This document shows positions 27,133-36,510 of a stretch of 64,000 nucleotides of DNA, in pieces (positions within the stretch are counted from its first letter, which is position 1; each line of letters begins with the position of its first letter). Origin of the DNA: an uncultured Acidobacteriota bacterium (GTDB taxonomy: Bacteria > Acidobacteriota > Terriglobia > UBA7540); contig CAWDSK010000003.1 in NCBI GenBank assembly GCA_963804995.1, positions 576,001 to 640,000 of the forward strand, read 5' to 3'. Below the pieces are notes generated by a model. That model had not been told where the DNA came from, did no database searches, and saw only the letters and a program-made list of their open reading frames with translations. A program made the translations under genes and the position numbers.

Positions 27133-28442
27133 CCATATGCTTCATCCAGCAATTCGATCACATGCATCACCCGCTGCCCCTTGCCCTGGCGCTTCACGCC
27201 GGCGCTGAGTTGCAGCAGGCACCCGGGATTGGCAGTCAGCACCACTTCTGCACGTGTCTCTTCAATGCGGCGCAACTTGTTTTCCAGCAGCCGCTCCGAC
27301 ATCTCGTTGTGCACAACATTGTAAACGCCCGCGCTGCCGCAGCAGATGTCAGCTTCCTTCAGCTCCACCAGATCCAGCCCCGGGATGGCGGCCAGCAGCT
27401 TGCGTGGCGCCGTCCGGATACGCTGCGCGTGCCCCAGATGGCAGGGGTCCTGATAAGTTGCCCGCACTTTCATTATTCCCAGTTCCCGGTTCAAGTCAAT
27501 CCCCGCGAGGAATTCCGTGACGTCGCGCAATTTTTCGACGAAGGCCTTGGCGGGCTCATAAAGCTCCCGGTCTTCCTCCTCGAAGAGCAGCGGATACTCC
27601 TTGAGGACGGAGCCGCAGCCTGCGGCGTTGGTGATCACCGCGTCGAAGTCTCCGGCCAGGAACGCATGGATGTTGCGTTTCGCGAGGTCACGAGCCATGC
27701 CGCGCATGCCCGCGTGCACGTGCAAGGCGCCGCAGCACCCCTGGTCGCCTGGAATCACGACCTCGCAACCGTTTTTCGCGAGCACGCGCACCGTAGCGTC
27801 ATTGAGCCGCGCGAAGGAGAGGTTCGCAATGCATCCCGCAAAGAAGGCCACGCGGTAGCGCCGCGTCCCCTCCGCCTCAACGGTCGTCCCCAGGCGTCCA
27901 TAGAAGAAGGGTTTCTCCATGCGGGGCGCGAGTTCCGCCACGCGCGCCAGGCGACCGGGAAACAATTTCAAGACGCCTGAGCCCAGCACCAACTTTTCAA
28001 GCCCTGAGCGCTGATAAACGCGCAGCATGCCGCCCAACAATTTCAAACGTCCCGGATGCGGCAAGACTTCACAATAAAAGAGCTTGCGCAGCAAGGTGGT
28101 GAGCGGCGGACGGTGATAGTATTTTTCGATTTGCCCGCGCGCCGCTTCCACCAGCTTGCCGTACTCAACTCCGGAGGGGCACGCGGTTTCACACGCGCGA
28201 CAGTCAAGGCACAGATCGATGTGGCGGACAAAACTTTCACCGAGCGGCAGGCGGCCTTGCTCTACCTGAATGATCTGGTAGATGCGCCCGCGGGGCGAAT
28301 CCATCTCCACACCCAACTCGCGATAGGTGGGGCAGGCGTTCAGGCACAAGCCGCAGTGCACGCAGCGGGAATAGTCCGCCCAACGCGGCGCCTCACCCGG
28401 GCCGTAGCCGTTGCGCTTTTCGTCCTTGTTCAAATTCTCCAC
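27111..28442 (-). CDS. glcF: Glycolate oxidase iron-sulfur subunit
   Basis: CVHCGLCLNACPTY, SPRGRI, CLDCRACETACPSG and two CCG domains (CCGAL, CCGSAG). GTG 28442 is preferred because the longer start lies inside a REP. Confidence 0.92.
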   Translation of the reverse strand: MENLNKDEKRNGYGPGEAPRWADYSRCVHCGLCLNACPTYRELGVEMDSPRGRIYQIIQVEQGRLPLGESFVRHIDLCLDCRACETACPSGVEYGKLVEAARGQIEKYYHRPPLTTLLRKLFYCEVLPHPGRLKLLGGMLRVYQRSGLEKLVLGSGVLKLFPGRLARVAELAPRMEKPFFYGRLGTTVEAEGTRRYRVAFFAGCIANLSFARLNDATVRVLAKNGCEVVIPGDQGCCGALHVHAGMRGMARDLAKRNIHAFLAGDFDAVITNAAGCGSVLKEYPLLFEEEDRELYEPAKAFVEKLRDVTEFLAGIDLNRELGIMKVRATYQDPCHLGHAQRIRTAPRKLLAAIPGLDLVELKEADICCGSAGVYNVVHNEMSERLLENKLRRIEETRAEVVLTANPGCLLQLSAGVKRQGKGQRVMHVIELLDEAYGRAVASG

Positions 28443-28489
28443 GCTCGCTTGGTTTCCAGTCTTAGTGGTCTCTGCGAATTGTGTGAAGT

Positions 28490-28935
28490 AACCCCTCACC
28501 CGTCCCGCCCCGGCTGATGAAAACGCCGGCGGCGGTCCACCCTCTCCCCTCGGAGAGGGCTATGAATTCACGTTCTTCCCTTATCCAACTATATTGACTC
28601 TCCTTCGAAGTGCGCTAGTACTTGCTTGGATTAATTCGCGCATTTTTAAGTCGTTGAAATCAAAGTGCGACCAACAGCCAGTTACGTACGCTAATTAAGT
28701 CAAGCAAGTACTAGTGCACCGGACACACAGGGCGTTCATGTTAGTGCTGACCCCCTCACGCCCCCCCGGACCCTCAATCGCCGCGGCGACCGAAGGGGGA
28801 GTTAGGTTGATTTCGTTCCCTCGGCCTCAAGTTCGGGGGGCTTGATTTGAATCCACAACCCTCGCCCCTTTGGGGGAGAGGGTGGACCGCAACCGGCGTC
28901 CTCATCAGCCGGGGCGGGCCGGGTGAGGGGGTCCC
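28490..28935. repeat. Repeat cluster between glcE and glcF: CCCCTCACCC-family REPs flanking an AT-rich 110-bp inverted-repeat element (28610-28719)
   Basis: REPs at ~28490-28560 and ~28858-28932; gtgcgctagtacttgcttggattaatt / aattaagtcaagcaagtactagtgcac are complementary at 24/27 positions. Confidence 0.85.
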
Positions 28936-28982
28936 AACGCCACTCCATGATGTAAGGCCAAATCCCAGCACCCATCCAAAAT

Positions 28983-30320
28983 CTAAAATCCCAAGAACCG
29001 TCCCGGCGACAGAATCCCTTTCGGATCCCAGGCGGATTTCATTTTGCGCATGGCTTCGATGTCATCGCCGGGCGCGCCCCAGACATCGACTTGGGCTTTA
29101 AGCTCCGCCGGGCAATGCTCGATGACCAGCGACCCGCCCAGATCGCCAGCGGCTTTGCGGAGGCGCGCCACCAAGTCGCCTGACTTCTCACTGAACTTCT
29201 CTTCCAGCAGGCAGACGTGGACAATGCCCACACCCGCAAAAACCGCGACCGATATGCGTTCCGCCGCAGCCGCCTGCTGCGCCTGTTCGAGGAATGTTTC
29301 GCCGGCGGCAATGGGCAGGGCGGCTTTCAGAACTGTCACATCGCGATATTTTTCCTTTAGCCACAGGGGAAGATTTGAGACCCGCTCCCACACCGTCTCC
29401 GCAGATTCCAGGCGCGCCATCATGGCGCCAGCGGCGCGGGCGAGTTGCCCCAAATCCCGTTCACAGCGTTCGATCACGCGGTGTGACCCACCCACTTCCA
29501 TCCAGAGTTCCAGACCGTTCTGCCCGGCATTCGATGCAGCACCATCGAGGAGACCGATGGCAGAATCATCCAGCAACGCCAGCCGCAGGGCATCAATCGG
29601 CGAACGCAGAATAATGCGACGTAGATCTCGCGCCGCGTCGAGGGTCGAGATCTCGAAAGCGAAGGTGGCGCGTTCCGGCGGCTTCGGATAAAGTTTCAGG
29701 TTGGCTTCCACAATGACGCCGAGCGTCCCGTATGAACCAATCAGAAGTTTGCTCAGGTCATAGCCGGCAACGTTTTTCACTACTCGCCCGCCGGTCTTCA
29801 AAATCTTTCCGTCGGTCGCGGCAATCTTCAATCCCAGGACCATATCCCGCGGGCCGCCATAGCCTTGCCGCAGGGGTCCCGCCGCGTTGGCCGCGATAAT
29901 CCCTCCGATGCTGGCCTTCGCGCCGCCCCTCGGATCGAGAGGCAGCCACAGCCCATGGCGCCCCACAAAGTTCTGGAGATCGCCGAACTTCATGCCGGGC
30001 TCGACGCTGATCGTCAGGTCAGCCGGCTCGTAGTGCCAAACCTGATTGAGTTCCTTTAATGATAGAGCGAGGTCGTATCGCCGCGGCGGGTTGCCGATCG
30101 AAAGCTTGGTGCCATTGCGAAAAGGAATAACGGCCAGTTCGTGCGCGGAGGCCAGGCTCAGCACTGCCGCCACCAGCTCTGCCGTGGGGGGGTAGACCAC
30201 GCAGCTTGGGACCTTGCCATCCACGGCCACGGCCGCACAGGCCTCGGGGTCTGTCACCACACGCGATTCGCCCAGCAGCGCTGTCAATTCCGCCCGCACG
30301 GATAGGAGCGCGACCGTCAC
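28983..30320 (-). CDS. glcE: FAD-binding oxidoreductase, glycolate oxidase subunit
   Basis: YEPADLTISVEPG, GGRVVKNVAGYDLSKL, GSYGTLG, WDPKGILSPGR. GTGA overlap with the glcD stop. Confidence 0.9.
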   Translation of the reverse strand: MTVALLSVRAELTALLGESRVVTDPEACAAVAVDGKVPSCVVYPPTAELVAAVLSLASAHELAVIPFRNGTKLSIGNPPRRYDLALSLKELNQVWHYEPADLTISVEPGMKFGDLQNFVGRHGLWLPLDPRGGAKASIGGIIAANAAGPLRQGYGGPRDMVLGLKIAATDGKILKTGGRVVKNVAGYDLSKLLIGSYGTLGVIVEANLKLYPKPPERATFAFEISTLDAARDLRRIILRSPIDALRLALLDDSAIGLLDGAASNAGQNGLELWMEVGGSHRVIERCERDLGQLARAAGAMMARLESAETVWERVSNLPLWLKEKYRDVTVLKAALPIAAGETFLEQAQQAAAAERISVAVFAGVGIVHVCLLEEKFSEKSGDLVARLRKAAGDLGGSLVIEHCPAELKAQVDVWGAPGDDIEAMRKMKSAWDPKGILSPGRFLGF

Positions 30321-31744
30321 AAGACACCTCCCGCGGCCCGCTCCACACGCAATTCCCCGCACATTTTCCCAGTGGGCAAAAGCTTTCCGGGATTAAAGCG
30401 CCCCTGAGGATTGAAAAGGTTCTTGATCCGGCGCATCAAATCCAGATCGTCGTCGGAGAAAATCAACGGCATCAGGTCCGATTTTTCGAGGCCCACGCCG
30501 TGCTCACCGGTGATGGAGCCGCCCATCTCCACGCACTTGCCGATAATTTCTTTGGCGGCCTTGAGGACGCTCGCCGTCTGCTCCTTGTCGCGCGAATCGT
30601 ACATGATGAGAGGATGCAGGTTTCCATCGCCCGCGTGGAAGATGTTGCCAATGTGTAAATCGTATTTCTTCTCGATGTTGCCGATGAATTCCAGCATCTC
30701 CGGCAACTTGGTGCGGGGGATGACGCCGTCCTGAACGTAGTAGCTGGGACTGATGCGGCCCAGCGCCCCGAAGGCATTCTTCCTTCCCTTCCACAACAGG
30801 TCGCGCTCCTCCGCCGTCCGGGCGCGCCGCACATCACGCGCCTGATTCTCGCGGCAGACACTCTCAATTTCATCCGCGTGCTCTTCCACGGCTTCTTTCA
30901 AGCCCTCGACTTCCGCCAGCAACACAGCGGCGCAATCCATGGGATAGCCGGCATGGGTGGCTGCTTCCACGGCGCGCAAGGTGAATCCATCCATCATCTC
31001 GAGAGCGGCGGGCGTAATGCCCCGCGCCGTAATGGCAGCCACAGTGCGCGTGGCGTCCGCGATGCGGTCGTAAATGGCGAGGAGCGTTTTGACGGCTTCA
31101 GGCCTGCGCGAGAGCCGCACCGTTGCCGCCGTGACGATGCCGAGCGTCCCTTCCGAACCGACAATCACTCCCGTCAGGTCGTAGCCCGGCCGGTCCCAGT
31201 GCGCCGCGCCCGTATGCATCACTTCGCCATCGGGCAACACCACCTCCAAGCCCAGCACGTGGTTGGTGGTGACGCCATAGGCCAGAGTGTGCGGGCCGCC
31301 GGAATTCTCCGCCACGTTGCCGCCAATCGTGCAGGCCTTTTGGCTGGAGGGATCGGGGGCATAGTAGTAGCCCTCGTCGGCGACGGCGAGGGTGAGGTCG
31401 AGATTCACCACGCCGGGCTGGACGCGGGCGCGCTGGTTCTCTAAATCAATTTCGAGAATCTGCTTCATCCGCGAAAAGCCCACCAGGATGCCGCCCTCGG
31501 TAGCGACCGAGCCTCCGCTCAGGCCCGTGCCCGCCCCCCGCGCCACCACGGGCAGATCATGCCGTACGGCAAGTTTTACAATCGCGACCACATGCTCTGT
31601 CGTGCGGGGGAAGACCACGACGTCAGGCTGGCGCAAAGAGGAAAGGGCGTCGTACTCATAGAGCATCAGGTCTTCCTGATGCCATAAGACGCCGTCCTCG
31701 CCCACGATTTTGGCGAGTTCCCGAGCAAAACTCTTGGAATTCAT
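30317..31744 (-). CDS. glcD: Glycolate oxidase FAD-linked subunit
   Basis: RGAGTGLSGG, YAPDPSSQKACTIGGNVAENSGG, FHAGDGNLHP, GSITGEHGVG, FNPGK. Confidence 0.94.
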   Translation of the reverse strand: MNSKSFARELAKIVGEDGVLWHQEDLMLYEYDALSSLRQPDVVVFPRTTEHVVAIVKLAVRHDLPVVARGAGTGLSGGSVATEGGILVGFSRMKQILEIDLENQRARVQPGVVNLDLTLAVADEGYYYAPDPSSQKACTIGGNVAENSGGPHTLAYGVTTNHVLGLEVVLPDGEVMHTGAAHWDRPGYDLTGVIVGSEGTLGIVTAATVRLSRRPEAVKTLLAIYDRIADATRTVAAITARGITPAALEMMDGFTLRAVEAATHAGYPMDCAAVLLAEVEGLKEAVEEHADEIESVCRENQARDVRRARTAEERDLLWKGRKNAFGALGRISPSYYVQDGVIPRTKLPEMLEFIGNIEKKYDLHIGNIFHAGDGNLHPLIMYDSRDKEQTASVLKAAKEIIGKCVEMGGSITGEHGVGLEKSDLMPLIFSDDDLDLMRRIKNLFNPQGRFNPGKLLPTGKMCGELRVERAAGGVL

Positions 31745-31914
31745 ACCGGCCCCTGAGTGCAATGTGCCCGCCGGATTGCGGGGATAGCGGGCCAATTGCG
31801 TGGGAATTTGATGCGGCCAAGCCAGCCCCTTACTCTCGGCGCGAGTATATCGCCGCGGCCGAGGGGCGTCAACGGAGGGGGGGTATGAAGATTCGAGCTG
31901 CGGCGGCGCAAAGG

Positions 31915-32430
31915 AAAGTCAAAAGGCAAAAGGCAAAAGTGAAAAGGGTTTGCTGGCGGCAGCTATCGGTCGAAGGCGGGAACCCCTTGACGCCCGGCCC
32001 CCTCCCCCCCAAAGAGGCAAGGGGGGAGATAATTTGAATTTGCTCGGGTAAGCCGAAGATACGGAATTCATAGCTCTCCCCAAGGGCAGAGTTAATTTAC
32101 TCGGATGAGAGAAGAAGTTGAATTCATAGCCCTCTCCAGGGGGAGAGGGTGGACCGCAGCCGGCGTACTCATCAGCCGGGGCGGGACGGGTGAGGGGTTC
32201 CTTCGTCAGGCTGATGCCGCCTGTTTGATCGCCCGATTGTTCAGAACCATACCGTTCTTAATTCGCAACAGGCGCATGCCGGGAGATCGCAAGTCATCGC
32301 CTCTGTCCGCGCCTCTGAAAAAGCTGTGTGGATGCTTTGCGGTTGCTGGCCGGAAGTAACCCCTCACCCGTCGCGCTCCGGCTGGTGCAAGCGCCGACAG
32401 CGCGCCACCCTCTCCCCAAGGGCGAGGGCT
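31915..32430. repeat. Repeat-rich intergenic region: AAAAGGC heptamers plus several CCCCTCACCC-family REPs
   Basis: aaagtcaaaaggcaaaaggcaaaagtgaaaag at ~31915-31946; REPs at ~31980-32030, ~32128-32200 and ~32357-32430. Confidence 0.82.
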
Positions 32431-32681
32431 GGGGTCGCTCGTGCGGAGGGCCCCGGAGTACGTCCATCCCAAATTCAGCAAGTATCGGGTTGCGAGGTCC
32501 GGAAATACTTTTCATGATGCTATCGAGACAAAGGAGTTCCTGGCGTCAAAAGATGCGCCCAGCACTTCCAAGGTGACCCGCGTCAAGTTCCGGAACTTCT
32601 CTCGCCGCGGTTCCGTATGGGACTTGGAAGCGGCAAGCAGGGGGGGATTGTAAAAGAATTGTCAACGTGACCCGATGACCC

Positions 32682-32777
32682 AACTATTTTGGAAATGGCG
32701 CGTCTAATGATGGAGCAGCCCGTGAAGACGCAAGGCAACGCATTTCAGCTAACGGTCCGCGCCATGGGACGTCTAAT
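32682..32777 (+). promoter_or_regulatory. Two tandem ECF-sigma-like promoters (AAC-N16-CGTCTAAT)
   Basis: AAC 32682 / CGTCTAAT 32701 and AAC 32751 / CGTCTAAT 32770 have identical spacing. Confidence 0.55.
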
Positions 32778-32804
32778 GGGCAGGTAGGTTAGGGCAAGAA
32801 AAAA

Positions 32805-32907
32805 GGGGTTAAATGGACTGCCGTTGCTGACGGTTTGGCGGCCTTGGCAACGACACTCCCCGGGGGAAAGACGCGAAGCGTTAGCTTCCCGCTTTCCATT
32901 TAACTCC
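32805..32907 (+). ncRNA. Candidate structured RNA (multi-stem junction) in the leader of the small secreted protein gene
   Basis: 13-bp closing stem GGGGTTAAATGGA/TCCATTTAACTCC enclosing CGTTGCTGA/TTGGCAACG and GGGAA..ACGC-GAA-GCGT..TTCCC stems. Family not recognised. Confidence 0.4.
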
Positions 32908-33041
32908 ACCTGATTTTAGGGGCCTTCTTCGGGCAATTACAAGTGAAACATTGCTGAAACCAGGCGGGCAGTCAAGGCAACTCCGGCTCGGGGATCGCCA
33001 GGATCACAACCCAGTCAACCACCATCCACAAGGAGGATGAT

Positions 33042-33401
33042 ATGAAACTGAGAAAGATCATGGGGATCACAATTGTCGCGCTGGCTTTCATGATCGCGGC
33101 CGGCGCGGAGGCCAAATCCAAGAACTCTGCAAACCTGCTGATCCCGTACGAAGGATCTGTGGCAGGTTCGCACTTAACCAGCGGCCGATACCACGTGGAG
33201 TGGCAGACCCATAGCCCGGAGGCCACTGTCACCTTCGTGCTGCAAGATAAAGTCGTCGCTACCGTTTCAGGCAAGGTAAAGGACCAGGGAGAAAAGTCCA
33301 CCAACAACCAGGTCATCTACGACGAACACGCCGATGGTTCGCGTGAAATCAAGGAAATCCGGTTCGCGGGGTCGAGTGAAGTAATTGTGTTCAATGAGTA
33401 G
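33042..33401 (+). CDS. Small secreted beta-rich hypothetical protein
   Basis: Strong AAGGAGG RBS; signal peptide MKLRKIMGITIVALAFMIAAGAEA; 119 aa. Confidence 0.85.
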   Translation: MKLRKIMGITIVALAFMIAAGAEAKSKNSANLLIPYEGSVAGSHLTSGRYHVEWQTHSPEATVTFVLQDKVVATVSGKVKDQGEKSTNNQVIYDEHADGSREIKEIRFAGSSEVIVFNE

Positions 33402-33556
33402 GAATACTCGGTGAGACCCAGGGCACAGGTAGCTCCAGCCTGACTGCCCTGGCCGCCGGGTGTGACATGGCAGGCTGAGCGCGCCTCTTCACGTCCGCCT
33501 CCTGGCCCACCTTTTCTCGTGGGCAGCCTCGGGCCGTCAAGGTAAAATGCCAAGGC

Positions 33557-34258
33557 ATGGTTCCGATTCCTCTCACTGACCACATCCGCCGCCGGAGCTT
33601 TTGGACCATCACGCTTCTGCTGATCATAGTGAACACCTGGGCCTTCATCATGGAGCTCTCGCTCGGGCCGCACCTCAACCGCTTTATTCTGCTCTACGGA
33701 CTGATCCCCGCTCGCTACGCGCCCCAGAAACTTTTCGCGTTGCCGGCGGAATTCACGTTCGTTCCCCTATTCGTTTCCATGTTCCTGCACGGAGGCTGGC
33801 TGCACCTGCTGGGAAACATGCTCTTTCTTTTTGTCTTCGGGCGCAGCATTGAAGACCGGGTCGGCCACATCCCTTTTCTGTTCCTTTATCTCGTCTCGGG
33901 CGTTGCTGCCGCCGTGGTGCAGATCGCCGCCAGCCCGGCATCGAAGATTCCCACCATCGGGGCCAGCGGCGCCATTGCCGGAGTCCTGGGCGCCTATTTC
34001 GTGTGCTACCCCGGGGCGCGAATCACTACACTTATCCCCCTCTTCTTTTTCTTTTGGACCGTCCAAATCCCCGCCATCTTTTTGCTCGGATACTGGTTCC
34101 TGATTCAGTTCGTGGCGGGGTTCCAGATGCTCTCCATCCAGAATGTGACGACGGGGGGCGTCGCCTGGTGGGCGCACATCGGCGGGTTCATCATCGGGGC
34201 GTTTTTAGGCCTGGTCATGCGGCCGCGGCGGCGCGGTCCGGTTGTGGAGATGGTGTAG
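33557..34258 (+). CDS. Rhomboid family intramembrane serine protease
   Basis: SMFLHGGWLHLLGNM, GASGAIAG (catalytic Ser), WWAHIGG (catalytic His). Confidence 0.95.
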   Translation: MVPIPLTDHIRRRSFWTITLLLIIVNTWAFIMELSLGPHLNRFILLYGLIPARYAPQKLFALPAEFTFVPLFVSMFLHGGWLHLLGNMLFLFVFGRSIEDRVGHIPFLFLYLVSGVAAAVVQIAASPASKIPTIGASGAIAGVLGAYFVCYPGARITTLIPLFFFFWTVQIPAIFLLGYWFLIQFVAGFQMLSIQNVTTGGVAWWAHIGGFIIGAFLGLVMRPRRRGPVVEMV

Positions 34259-34262
34259 TAGG

Positions 34263-34476
34263 CGGGATAGGGGGTACGGGGTACGGGACACGGGATACGG
34301 GATCCGGGGTTGGGGACAGGGGAAGACTTTTAAGCCCTGATAAGGTCCATCGCACTTCAGGAAAAGCGACGGATTCAAGAGGAACCCGAAGCTAAAGTCT
34401 CGAGTTCCGAGGCGAGAGTCCCGAATCCCGAACCCCTAATCCCGTGTCCCGTATCCCGTTTCCCGTATCCCGTGTC
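34263..34476. repeat. Inverted heptamer arrays (GGGATAC/GGGACAC), about 8 units each
   Basis: ggtacggggtacgggacacgggatacgggatccgg (34263-34322) faces cccgtgtcccgtatcccgtttcccgtatcccg (~34418-34476). Confidence 0.88.
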
Positions 34477-35411
34477 GTTGCCTCTTCTCCGCGCTCGCGT
34501 TCTGTCAGGTATACACCCGTCAGAATCAGCACGCCGCCAATCAGGACCTTCGTCGTCAGTCGCTCGGAAAGCAACCAGATGCCCAGCGTGCTGGCGATGA
34601 CCGGTTGCAAGTAGTTGAACGCCGCGATGCGCGACGCCGCCAGTTCCCGGATGGCATAGGCAAAGAACATGTAAGGCACGACCGAACCGAACAGCACCAT
34701 GAACGCCAGGCCCCACCACGCTTCCAGACGCAGGGCCGCCCAGGGAGTCGCGACGACCGCGCGGAAGCAGAACGGCAGCATGAGAATCGCGCCGAGGCCG
34801 AAGACCAAAGTATTGAGCGTCAGCGCGTCGTAATCGTTTGCCACCTCTTTCATCAGGACCGTATAGATCGCGAATAAGGCCGTGCCCACCACCAGAATCA
34901 CGTCGCCCGTCCAATGTGCACCGTTTCCCCCCACCGTTTTGTCGGCCGTCAGGATTCCCACCCCGGCAAACGAAATCACCATGCCCACAAATTTCCAACC
35001 CGTCAGGGGTTCCAATCTGATTAACACCGCAATAACCAGGACCATCACGGGTCCCAGAGCCACGATCAATCCGGCATGGGCGACCGTGCTGCGCTCAAGG
35101 CCTCCAATAAAGAAGATCTGATTCAGGGCTACGCCGCTCAAGGCCGTGGCCGCAAGTAAAAGCCACTGGCGGCGCGACAGCCTCAGGCGCCGTCCTCGCC
35201 CCGCAGCCAGAAACCAGAGGGCGTAAGTCACTGCCGTGCCCAGCACACGAAGTTGCGCCAGGGCGAGAGCCGCGAACCCGGTCAGCCCCTGCTTGCCGGC
35301 AATGATATTACTGGCCCAGCAAACGGTAACCAACAACATCATGAGATGTAAACGGCCGTGGTGGGGATGAGGCGTGGACGGGGCGGGCGGAACCGGCGCG
35401 ACGTTACTCAA
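34392..35411 (-). CDS. DMT/EamA family transporter
   Basis: CWASNIIAGK, FNYLQPVIASTLGIWLLSERLT. Probable TTG start overlaps the menC stop; the C-terminal tail is translated heptamer repeat. Confidence 0.88.
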   Translation of the reverse strand: MSNVAPVPPAPSTPHPHHGRLHLMMLLVTVCWASNIIAGKQGLTGFAALALAQLRVLGTAVTYALWFLAAGRGRRLRLSRRQWLLLAATALSGVALNQIFFIGGLERSTVAHAGLIVALGPVMVLVIAVLIRLEPLTGWKFVGMVISFAGVGILTADKTVGGNGAHWTGDVILVVGTALFAIYTVLMKEVANDYDALTLNTLVFGLGAILMLPFCFRAVVATPWAALRLEAWWGLAFMVLFGSVVPYMFFAYAIRELAASRIAAFNYLQPVIASTLGIWLLSERLTTKVLIGGVLILTGVYLTERERGEEATTRDTGNGIRDTGLGVRDSGLSPRNSRL

Positions 35412-36510
35412 AGGCTTCCTTCCGCACGGTGGCCTTTTCAATCCGCTCGAGATTGGGGGTGAATCCCAGCCCCACCGTCTGCGGCACCTGGATCGTGCCC
35501 TGCGCGGTGACTGTGACCTCCGGATCGATGATGTCCTCCGCCCAGTAGCGGCGGCTGGCGGAGACATCCCCCGGCAGCGTGAAGCCCGGCAGCGTGGACA
35601 TGGCGATGTTGTGCGCGCGGCCAATGCCGGACTCCAGCATGCCTCCGCACCACACGGGAATATTCCTGGCACGGCACACGTCGTGAACCTGCCGCGCGGA
35701 CGTGAATCCGCCCACGCGCCCCAGCTTGATGTTGATGATCTTGCCGGCGCCGATTTCCAAACCTTTCCTCGCGTCGTCGGCGCTGTGAATGGATTCATCC
35801 AAACAAATCGGCGTCGCGAGTTCCCGTTGCAGCCTGGCGTGGTCCACCAGATCATCCCAGCCCAACGGTTGTTCAATCATCATCAGGTAGAAGCGATCGA
35901 ATTCCTTGAGATGAGCAGTGTCTGCAAGCGAATAGGCGCTATTCGCGTCAGCCATCAGCAGGATGCGCGGAAACTTCGAGCGAATCCGCTCCAGCACATT
36001 CACATCCCAGCCCGGCTTGACCTTCACCTTGATACGTTGATACCCCGCGGCCACTTCACGCTCGATCTTCTCGAGCAACTCCTCGATCGAGTTCTGGATG
36101 CCGATCGAAACCCCGCAAGGGATTTCCCTGAGCGTCCCGCCCAGCAACTTCCAGAGCGGCAGATTCTGCCGTTGCGCCTCAATGTGCCAGAGCGCATTCT
36201 CCAGCGCTGCCTTCGCCATGTTGTGCCCGCGGATTGGTCGGAAGCGGGGCGCCACATCGCCCGGCGCGGCCCACTCTTTTCCCAGCGTCCAGGGAATCAG
36301 CAGATCACGCAGGATGTGCCAGGCCGTATCGGGAGTCTCATGGCTGTAAAACGGATGCTCGCCACAGGTCACCTCCCCCCAGCCGGTGAGCCCGTCCGCC
36401 TGCACTCGCACCAGGACGATGCGGCGTGTGGTGGTGCGCCCAAAGCTCGTCTCAAAGAAATGCACGAGGGGCAGTCGTAACTCTCGAAGTTCGATTCTTT
36501 CAATTCTCAT
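35404..36510 (-). CDS. menC: o-Succinylbenzoate synthase / N-acylamino acid racemase (enolase superfamily)
   Basis: FETSFG, RIKVKVKPG (KxK), MADAN, IEQP, ICLDES, INIK, WCGGMLESGIGRA, LPGDVSAS. Confidence 0.93.
   Translation of the reverse strand: MRIERIELRELRLPLVHFFETSFGRTTTRRIVLVRVQADGLTGWGEVTCGEHPFYSHETPDTAWHILRDLLIPWTLGKEWAAPGDVAPRFRPIRGHNMAKAALENALWHIEAQRQNLPLWKLLGGTLREIPCGVSIGIQNSIEELLEKIEREVAAGYQRIKVKVKPGWDVNVLERIRSKFPRILLMADANSAYSLADTAHLKEFDRFYLMMIEQPLGWDDLVDHARLQRELATPICLDESIHSADDARKGLEIGAGKIINIKLGRVGGFTSARQVHDVCRARNIPVWCGGMLESGIGRAHNIAMSTLPGFTLPGDVSASRRYWAEDIIDPEVTVTAQGTIQVPQTVGLGFTPNLERIEKATVRKEAFE

Noticed and set aside
32715..32800. c-di-GMP-I riboswitch (GACGCAAGGC resembles GACGCAAAGC)
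   Set aside because: It lacks the GGCAAA-stem-GNRA P2 element and a matching P3; the ECF-promoter reading fits better.
35412..35876. N-terminal extension of the 494-aa EamA ORF
   Set aside because: It overlaps menC in another frame and has no protein-like features.
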